Under the pieces are notes generated by a model. The model was not told the DNA's origin. It searched no databases and was given only the letters and a program-made list of their open reading frames with translations. The translations under genes and the position numbers were made by a program. From an uncultured virus (IMG/VR IMGVR_UViG_3300032722_000013) (Duplodnaviria; Heunggongvirae; Uroviricota; Caudoviricetes), in the IMG/VR virus record IMGVR_UViG_3300032722_000013: a stretch of DNA of 64,000 nt; one strand, 5' to 3'. This document shows, piece by piece, positions 57,509-64,000 of this stretch (position 1 is the first letter of the stretch; every line of letters starts with the position of its first letter).

Positions 57509-58465
57509 ATGATGTACATCGCACCCAAGAGACTACGCGCCGGATCGCGGGTCGCCATCATCGCGCCAGCATCACCATTCAAGACAGACGAGCTCGTCGC
57601 AGGCCTTGACATCATCAAGGCGGCTCAGTTAGAACCTGTCTTGGGACCCAACGTCAGGAACATGAGATCTTCAGACATCCAGTCCGCCCCAGTCGTTGAC
57701 AGGGCCGAGGAACTGATGTGGGCATTCACTGATCCTGACATCGACGGAATCATCACGGTTACCGGTGGATTGGGTTCAGGTGGAACGTTACCGTACCTCG
57801 ACTTTGGCAGGATCCGCGAATCTCGACGCGTCATCATTGGGATCAGTGACATCTCAGCCCTCAACAACGGTATCCTCGCAGGATCAGGGTTGATCAACAT
57901 TAACGGACAGTACCCATCGATCCGCCTTGACAAGGGTACACGCATCCGTGAAGCCGACAGTGAATCGATGAAGTTCACGCTTGAGATGCTCATGAGCTCG
58001 AGCGAATGGGCTGACAGACCCTTCGAGATAAATCAGTACCTGCCCAGGACAGTGTCTTCAGGCAAGGCTTCGGGTCATGTTGTCGGAGGAAACCTCGACA
58101 CGTTTTGCACGCTACTTGGGACGCCTTTCATGCCCGATGTAGAGGGCGCAATCCTGTTCATCGAGGACGTTCACAAGAGTGGCGAGACGATCGCAAGGGA
58201 GTTGCTTCACCTGAAGTTGGCCGGCGTTCTCGATCAGGTCGCAGGAATCGTCATCGGTGAGTTCGTTGATGTACCCAAGAAGGACGAGGAACGCGTCCCC
58301 GCAATCGAGGACGTCCTCGAGGAGTACATGTCTGAAGGCGTGCCCTGCAGCTACGGGTACAGCTTCAGTCACGGGCCCTTCACCATCCCGATCCCAATCG
58401 GTGCTCAGTGTGACATGGATGCGGACACAGGTATGGTCTCCTTCCGTTTCACGATGGCTCCCTGA
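57509..58465 (+). CDS. LD-carboxypeptidase (peptidase S66/MccF-like)
   Basis: IIAPAS, GISDIS (catalytic Ser), GGNL, LFIED, FSHG; ATAGTTA at 57499. Confidence 0.88.
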   Translation: MMYIAPKRLRAGSRVAIIAPASPFKTDELVAGLDIIKAAQLEPVLGPNVRNMRSSDIQSAPVVDRAEELMWAFTDPDIDGIITVTGGLGSGGTLPYLDFGRIRESRRVIIGISDISALNNGILAGSGLININGQYPSIRLDKGTRIREADSESMKFTLEMLMSSSEWADRPFEINQYLPRTVSSGKASGHVVGGNLDTFCTLLGTPFMPDVEGAILFIEDVHKSGETIARELLHLKLAGVLDQVAGIVIGEFVDVPKKDEERVPAIEDVLEEYMSEGVPCSYGYSFSHGPFTIPIPIGAQCDMDADTGMVSFRFTMAP

Positions 58466-58586
58466 ATAATCGGGGGCACGTATTTGGTTGTCCTATACAC
58501 GTGCAGGGTCAATTATTGATGGTACAGGCACGGATGGGTGCAAATGTGCCATCTGATGAGATAGATTCTAACACAGAGGCCGTCAA

Positions 58587-59120
58587 GTGAAGCGTGCTCT
58601 TCTTCTCAATTCTGACTACACCCCTTTGCACTTCCTGAGTGACGAGGACGCGATCATCCTGTTCTACAAGGGACGGGCGGAGGTCGTTGCATCGTTTTCG
58701 ACTGGTATGCCGTCACAGTGGGACGAGGTGTACAACTCACCGTCTACTGCAATTCATGTGCCTGCTACGATGAGGCTCAAGAAGTACGTCCACAAGAAGT
58801 GGAAGCCGCCGCGGTTTCGCAAGAAGGTGCTCTTCAATCGTGATGGTTGGAGATGTCAGTACTGCGGGACGAAGCTCAATGCTCACACGGTCGAGGTGGA
58901 ACACGTGATGCCTCGCTCTCGAGGTGGTCCGACCTCGTGGTTGAACTGTGTCACTGCATGCAAGGCCTGTAACAAGCGCAAGCTAAACATGACTCCTGAG
59001 GAGGCAGGTATGCCTCTTCTCAAGAAGCCTGCGAATCCTACGCCCCTTCATTTCTGGGACGCTGCAAGAAGTGAGGCTTGGCATCCCGATTGGGAGCAGT
59101 ACTTGCAAATCAAAGGTTGA
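58587..59120 (+). CDS. HNH endonuclease (McrA-like)
   Basis: LLLNSDY.PL, RDGWRCQYCG, EHVMPRSRGG...W.NCVTACKACNKRK. Confidence 0.9.
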   Translation: MKRALLLNSDYTPLHFLSDEDAIILFYKGRAEVVASFSTGMPSQWDEVYNSPSTAIHVPATMRLKKYVHKKWKPPRFRKKVLFNRDGWRCQYCGTKLNAHTVEVEHVMPRSRGGPTSWLNCVTACKACNKRKLNMTPEEAGMPLLKKPANPTPLHFWDAARSEAWHPDWEQYLQIKG

Positions 59121-59139
59121 ACGCCGAATACATACAAGC

Positions 59140-59526
59140 ATGAGAACGACTATCGGCGAGTTGCGTGTGCTTGTGAGGAAGGTGCTTCTGGAGATGAGTG
59201 GACCTCGAGGCAAGCTACGCCCTTCGAAGGGTGGCCGGCAGTACAAGATCGGAAAGGTTGAGGACGAGAACAGGGAACTTTCCTCTGTTGAAGCTGAGCA
59301 CATGTTCCCTGACTCGACAGAGGCGTGGGCTGAGATCGCGCCGGGCTTGTACCCAGAATTCCCATACGATCCTGATTCTCGGACAGTCAAGCGCAAGACA
59401 ACCTGGTTCATGATCGGAAATGAACTTCAGGCAATGATCCAAGACGTTCCGGACGCAGAGCCGATGAAGTGGGATCCGCAGAGGATGGACTGGTTCCCTA
59501 TCGATGATCTTGCATCACCGGTGTGA
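59140..59526 (+). CDS. Protein with capsid-targeting-like leader
   Basis: MRTTIGELRVLVRKVLLE; ATACATA at 59128. Confidence 0.65.
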   Translation: MRTTIGELRVLVRKVLLEMSGPRGKLRPSKGGRQYKIGKVEDENRELSSVEAEHMFPDSTEAWAEIAPGLYPEFPYDPDSRTVKRKTTWFMIGNELQAMIQDVPDAEPMKWDPQRMDWFPIDDLASPV

Positions 59527-59534
59527 GGTCATGC

Positions 59535-59759
59535 GTGAGGATCAGCGTCGGAGAACTGCGTCTCCTCATCCGCGAGGCTATCGACTGCTGGGGAGGCACT
59601 CGTCCTGAAGAAACGTATGACGAGGTTCTCGCAAATGATCCTACTTTCCTCAAGAGAAGCGTCCTGGTACCAGACGACATCAAAAACACGATTGTCGTGT
59701 GGATGCAGCTGATGGGTCTATCGCGCCCGATCAACAAGCCGACGTCATGGCCTCGCTGA
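59535..59759 (+). CDS. Small protein with capsid-targeting-like leader
   Basis: (M)RISVGELRLLIREA. Confidence 0.65.
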   Translation: MRISVGELRLLIREAIDCWGGTRPEETYDEVLANDPTFLKRSVLVPDDIKNTIVVWMQLMGLSRPINKPTSWPR

Positions 59760-59790
59760 TGCCATACTTACGTCTCAGGAGTTTCATGCA

Positions 59791-60951
59791 ATGCACCTGA
59801 AGCTTGATGATCTAGCAAACGTTGTGCGAACGACGATCAATGAGGAAAAGCTGACGCAAGCGTTCAAAGCGGAGATCAGCCGCGTTCTCGGTCCGATTGT
59901 CTTCGTTGAAGGCAAGCTCAACGAAGTTGCCACGAACGCAAATGACAGGCTCGACGTCCTCGATCGCACAGGTCGAACGGGCAGCCTGGATTTCAAACCG
60001 TCAATCACTGCGGGGTGGCTCGATTGTTCGGATCCTGAGGTCCGCAAGTTTGCGTCAAGGGTGTGTCCCGAGAAGTTCTTGCCGAAGATGAAGGCAGATC
60101 GCAACCCAGAAGTACGGGCAGCTGTCGCGGCGAGGCTTTCGCTACCAGCGGTCCGCGAGATGATGAAGCACTTTCCGCAGGACGATCAGCTGCGCACGAT
60201 CTACAGGCAGAAGAAGAAGTTGCACGAGGATGGCATTCCGAACGCAAAGCCTGAGCCCATCGATTTTGACATGTACGGTGAGAAACGTTTGGGTGACGCT
60301 GTCAAACAGAAGCCGGGCCGCGACCTCAGCGACGAGGACTATCATCAACTAGCGATGCAGTTCATGCACCAGTACGGTGGTAACATCGAGTACGCCTGGG
60401 AAGAACTAGCAGTGAGTCGTTACTGCAGGAGCCTGAAGCTGTCCTCCAACATCGAGGTCGATGAGAAGGAGTTGCTGAAGGCGATCAAGGACATGATCAA
60501 AGAGAAAGAGGATGATGCGATGAAACGGAATCCGTTGAAGGAGACGCTGGGCTGGCTCGAGGGTCAGGAAGATCTCGAGAACCTCGCCGAGGGCGCGATG
60601 CCTGAGGTTGTCGAGCAGATCGACCCGGTCACTGAGCTTGTACACGGTGGCCACACCGGTGAGAAGTTCCTGGAATATGCGATGAAGCTGTTTCGCATTC
60701 AGGAAGCAATCCTTCCGATGTCAATTCGCAAGTGGCGGATGGCAGAAGGCAGCGCACGTCAGACGCGTGTTCCGTGCATCGGCATGCTCCCACACAAGGG
60801 TGGCTTCCGTGCTGTCGACGAACGCGCTCTCGACATGTTCTGCGAGGCGTGGGGACGTCAGCAGTCACTTGTAGGGGAGCCCTTCCGCCTTGAGTGGACG
60901 AACCATCCTTCGGACATGAACAAAATCGGTTTCACCTGCATCTTGAAGTGA
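59791..60951 (+). CDS. Late protein with capsid-targeting-like leader and LRV/HEAT-like repeats
   Basis: MHLKLDDLANVVRTTINEE; DPEVRKFASR and NPEVRAAVAAR; ATACTTA at 59764. Confidence 0.65.
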   Translation: MHLKLDDLANVVRTTINEEKLTQAFKAEISRVLGPIVFVEGKLNEVATNANDRLDVLDRTGRTGSLDFKPSITAGWLDCSDPEVRKFASRVCPEKFLPKMKADRNPEVRAAVAARLSLPAVREMMKHFPQDDQLRTIYRQKKKLHEDGIPNAKPEPIDFDMYGEKRLGDAVKQKPGRDLSDEDYHQLAMQFMHQYGGNIEYAWEELAVSRYCRSLKLSSNIEVDEKELLKAIKDMIKEKEDDAMKRNPLKETLGWLEGQEDLENLAEGAMPEVVEQIDPVTELVHGGHTGEKFLEYAMKLFRIQEAILPMSIRKWRMAEGSARQTRVPCIGMLPHKGGFRAVDERALDMFCEAWGRQQSLVGEPFRLEWTNHPSDMNKIGFTCILK

Positions 60952-60958
60952 GGCACGC

Positions 60959-61585
60959 ATGCGCAATCGCACTCTCGCGGAGTGGATAGCGGTCGAACCC
61001 GGGCCCTCGACGGGCGATGACGAGTTCGATTCGTTGATTGACAAGAAGGTTGGGCAGGTCAATGCGCTCAACGCTCGAGACCGTGATCCTCAGATCGACG
61101 GTGAGTGGTGGAGCGGAATGCCATGTGGGCAGCTATCCGTCGTACTTGCCGGCCTGCGTTTCCTTGCAATGCTGCACCAGACGCATCACTGGATCTCACG
61201 CGGCGACACGTACTACGGTGATCACCTTCTCTTTGAGCGTCTCTACAACGAGACAGTCGATGAGATCGACAGCGTCGCAGAAAAGTCGATCGGACTAGGC
61301 GGCGAACAGAACGTGAACTTGCAGACGCAGATCAGGCAGATCGCGAGGCTTGTGACGATCGCGTCAGACGCGCAGACGATCCCGAATGCGAACGATCTTG
61401 CAAGAATTTCGCTCGCAGCTGAGAAGGCTTTCCTGACAACGCTCGACACGATGCTGGACTCCATGAAGCAGACAGGTTGCTCAACAAACGGCGTTGACAA
61501 CTTGCTTCAAGGGATTGCAGATGTTCACGAGACGCACGTCTACCTGCTCAAGCGTAGGTGTCAGAACAACGCATTAGGGATGTAA
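60959..61585 (+). CDS. Dps/ferritin-like protein
   Basis: HQTHHWISRG..YYGDHLLFERLY...DEIDSVAEK...HETHVYLL. Confidence 0.82.
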   Translation: MRNRTLAEWIAVEPGPSTGDDEFDSLIDKKVGQVNALNARDRDPQIDGEWWSGMPCGQLSVVLAGLRFLAMLHQTHHWISRGDTYYGDHLLFERLYNETVDEIDSVAEKSIGLGGEQNVNLQTQIRQIARLVTIASDAQTIPNANDLARISLAAEKAFLTTLDTMLDSMKQTGCSTNGVDNLLQGIADVHETHVYLLKRRCQNNALGM

Positions 61586-61588
61586 CGG

Positions 61589-62362
61589 TCAGATTTGACC
61601 GCGGTTCCTCATGGCCCAAGCGACGGCCCATGGGTTCTTGACGCCCTTTGCCTTCTTCAAGGCCTTGACGGTCCTCTCGCCTTTCTTGCCGGGTGGCGCT
61701 TTCTGTGTAAGGTCATCCTCAGTGATGCCGACCTCATCATGCAGCAGCTCGCCGTTCTTGTCGTCCTTCGGGCGCGAGCAGTCGGGACACGTGCAGCTCG
61801 ATGCATGACCCGGGTGACGTCCCCCTGCACCTGCTTCGTGGAACGATCCTCTGTACATGTTGAGGTCACGACGTTCTGGTTCCACATTGATCATGCAGTC
61901 ATCGCAGACGCGGTACGGGTTCTTCGCTTCCTCGGGCGAGAGAGGTTTGTCACAATCCTCGCATCGATCTCGCTTGCCCATGTCGATGCCCCAAGTTCCG
62001 CTTGATGTGATTCCCAGCTTAGCTTGGTTCATCTCATCATCCTCGTTGACGTTCGCAATGGGCATGCTTCCCGGGATCATACCACACTTGTGGCACTCTC
62101 CTCCTTCCATGGGAAGCATCGCACCACATTCATCGCAGATAACGCTTGCAGCTTCGTTGACGCTGACGGGGTTACTGTGCTCGAAGTCTGCGCCCCACCC
62201 GTTGTTCTCAGGTTCCTTGCCTTTGCCCATGTGAGAATGTCCGCCGCGTTCATCTGCAACGCCCGGGCCCAGGTCTGCCGCCTTCCCGATCGGTTCGCCG
62301 AACTTCTCTAGGAGAGTCTTGTAGATCTTCGTGACGGTGGCTTCATTCAACATGCGCTTCAT
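61589..62362 (-). CDS. Late protein with repeated (L/V/I/F)-x-E sites, Zn ribbons and an NPWAVAW C-terminus
   Basis: Minus-strand ATACTTA 5 nt before the ATG at 62362; MKRMLNE; CDEC/CHKC, CEDC/CDDC, CTCPDC. Confidence 0.65.
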   Translation of the reverse strand: MKRMLNEATVTKIYKTLLEKFGEPIGKAADLGPGVADERGGHSHMGKGKEPENNGWGADFEHSNPVSVNEAASVICDECGAMLPMEGGECHKCGMIPGSMPIANVNEDDEMNQAKLGITSSGTWGIDMGKRDRCEDCDKPLSPEEAKNPYRVCDDCMINVEPERRDLNMYRGSFHEAGAGGRHPGHASSCTCPDCSRPKDDKNGELLHDEVGITEDDLTQKAPPGKKGERTVKALKKAKGVKNPWAVAWAMRNRGQI

Positions 62363-62426
62363 GCATGTAAGTATATGCGCTTCTGCGGTGTTGAACATGA
62401 TGGTCATGATGAGGTACCTTGAAGGC

Positions 62427-63404
62427 ATGAAATATGTACTCGTCACAGGCGCAGCAGGATTCCTCGGGAGTCATCTCGCGCAGCGTCACCTGGACGCAGG
62501 CGACAGGGTGTGGGGTTTCGATTGCTTCATTTCGTCAGATCCAAAGTCGGGACACTTTGTCGACCTCCTGGCGAATGAACAGTTTGTCTTCAGGGAGCAT
62601 GACATCACGGAGCGATCACTTCCGCCCGGGTTGCCCGCAAGGTTCGACACGATCTACAACTTTGCATGTCCGGCTTCGCCGCCTGCGTACCAAGACGTTC
62701 CTGTTTTCACTACGTTGACGTGTGTTGTCGGTACGTCTAACATGCTTGACCTTGCGGGCAGGATGAACTGCACTCTCATTCATGCATCGACGTCAGAGGT
62801 GTACGGAGATCCATCAATCTCTCCTCAGGACGAGTCGTACAGGGGTTATGTCAACTCTTACGGTCCCAGAGCGTGCTACGACGAGGGAAAGCGCGCTGCT
62901 GAGGCGCTGTGCTACGACAACCTGCATTCGCACGAGGTTGATGCAAGGCTTGTCAGGATTTTCAACACGTATGGGCCTCACATGGACCCGTACGACGGTC
63001 GTGTCGTCAGTAATTTCATCAGGCAAGCGTTGAAGCATGAAAAGCTCACGATCTACGGTGATGGACGGCAAAGTCGCAGTTTTTGCTACGTCGACGATCT
63101 GATCAGGGGCATCGTCGCAGTGGGTGCGTTGGAAGAGAACCCGCAGGGGCCCATCAACCTGGGAAATCCGAATGAGTTCACCGTCAAAGAGCTAGCTGAG
63201 CAGGTGATCAAGAAGATCTACAGTGGAAATGAACTCAGCCTAGAGCTGAAGAACATGGTTGAATACAGTGACATCCCTGTCGACGATCCGAAGCAACGAT
63301 GTCCGAACATCGCACGTGCGAAGAAGTTGCTGGATTGGGAACCAGAGGTGATGCTCGATGAGGGTCTAGACAAGACGATCGCGTACTTTAGGACGGTGGT
63401 GTGA
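62427..63404 (+). CDS. UDP-glucuronate decarboxylase-like SDR (UDP-xylose synthase family)
   Basis: VTGAAGFLGSHL, FACPASP, STSEVYGDP, YDEGKR, RIFNTYGP, GRVVSNFI, QSRSFCYVDD. Confidence 0.9.
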   Translation: MKYVLVTGAAGFLGSHLAQRHLDAGDRVWGFDCFISSDPKSGHFVDLLANEQFVFREHDITERSLPPGLPARFDTIYNFACPASPPAYQDVPVFTTLTCVVGTSNMLDLAGRMNCTLIHASTSEVYGDPSISPQDESYRGYVNSYGPRACYDEGKRAAEALCYDNLHSHEVDARLVRIFNTYGPHMDPYDGRVVSNFIRQALKHEKLTIYGDGRQSRSFCYVDDLIRGIVAVGALEENPQGPINLGNPNEFTVKELAEQVIKKIYSGNELSLELKNMVEYSDIPVDDPKQRCPNIARAKKLLDWEPEVMLDEGLDKTIAYFRTVV

Positions 63405-63886
63405 TGCACAAGCGCGGGCCTATCTTTGACACGACCTGGTGCGAACGCAAGACGCTCGAGGAAGCTCAGAAGTTAGCGTTGAAGCTCTACGACGATCCTA
63501 AACACAAGCGTACGCCTGAGATGAAGATTCGCGACACCCATGTTGGCTTCGTGGGCGAGGTGACGAATGCCTGGCGAAATGACGCATTGAAAGGGTGGAT
63601 CAGGAGACACATCGCGCTCAAGGACAAGACCGATGATGGCGGGATCGACTTCGTGGAAGAGGACGGCACGACTGTCGGCGTCAAGACGATCGAAGTCGGC
63701 TACGCCTGTGTCAAGGTCTGCTCCCGCCGCGATGGCGTCTACCCTGACGTCTACATCGTGTACGAATGGGACAGGAAGAACCACAAGATCTGGGAGGCTG
63801 GGCGCTTTACACAGAGCGACGTGCACGACATCATGTACCCCAACGGCTACCCCTGCAGGGGCGTCTACGTAAGTGAGCTAGTGTAG
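63404..63886 (+). CDS. Hypothetical protein, possible PD-(D/E)xK fold
   Basis: GFVGE...DDGGIDF...VGVKT. Confidence 0.5.
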   Translation: MHKRGPIFDTTWCERKTLEEAQKLALKLYDDPKHKRTPEMKIRDTHVGFVGEVTNAWRNDALKGWIRRHIALKDKTDDGGIDFVEEDGTTVGVKTIEVGYACVKVCSRRDGVYPDVYIVYEWDRKNHKIWEAGRFTQSDVHDIMYPNGYPCRGVYVSELV

Positions 63887-64000
63887 TTTGGGTCGGGAAG
63901 GGGTACGATGAAAGACGGTGTAAAGTACGCTGACTTGAGGGTACAGTACAAGCAACAGCTCACTCTAACGTGGGAAGGAAAGTGATGACCTCAGACAACA

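Noticed and set aside
58549..58590. Hammerhead ribozyme suggested by CTGATGAG
   Set aside because: No matching stem II-GAAA and stem III arrangement found
1..64000. tRNA genes, group I introns or stop-codon reassignment
   Set aside because: No cloverleaf seen in the short intergenic gaps; conserved genes are uninterrupted and full length in the standard code (by eye, no covariance search run)

Overview
This window is a 64 kb piece of a large, T4-distantly-related contractile-tailed (myo/jumbo-type) bacteriophage genome. It uses the standard genetic code and is almost all on the + strand. 1-30.5 kb is the neck/tail module: a 21-aa-repeat protein, neck and tail-completion genes interleaved with three free-standing homing endonucleases, two tandem tail sheaths, tail tube, a chaperone pair with a likely +1 frameshift, tape measure and baseplate genes. 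30.5-48.7 kb is replication and nucleotide metabolism: short family A polymerase, HD protein, SSB, RecA/UvsX, dUTPase, 5'-3' exonuclease, helicase, class II RNR with an HNH intein, ThyX, Tmk, MT-A70 and a MazG-like enzyme. 48.7-64 kb is accessory: two Hsp20, an RNA repair cluster, two DNA MTases, LD-carboxypeptidase, HNH, Dps and UDP-GlcA decarboxylase. The most notable observations are (1) about 10 scattered, mostly late-promoter genes sharing an N-terminal capsid-targeting-like leader ending in (L/I/V)-x-E, including a kinase-fold protein and a Zn-knuckle protein; (2) a displaced tail-tube paralog lacking the presumed stacking hairpin; (3) a homing endonuclease that appears to have replaced the promoter and 5' end of its target gene, leaving an orphan stub; (4) a (A/C)TA(C/G/T)TTA late-promoter motif often 3-5 nt from the start codon, suggesting leaderless mRNAs. 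All calls come from motif recognition by eye; no database searches were run.
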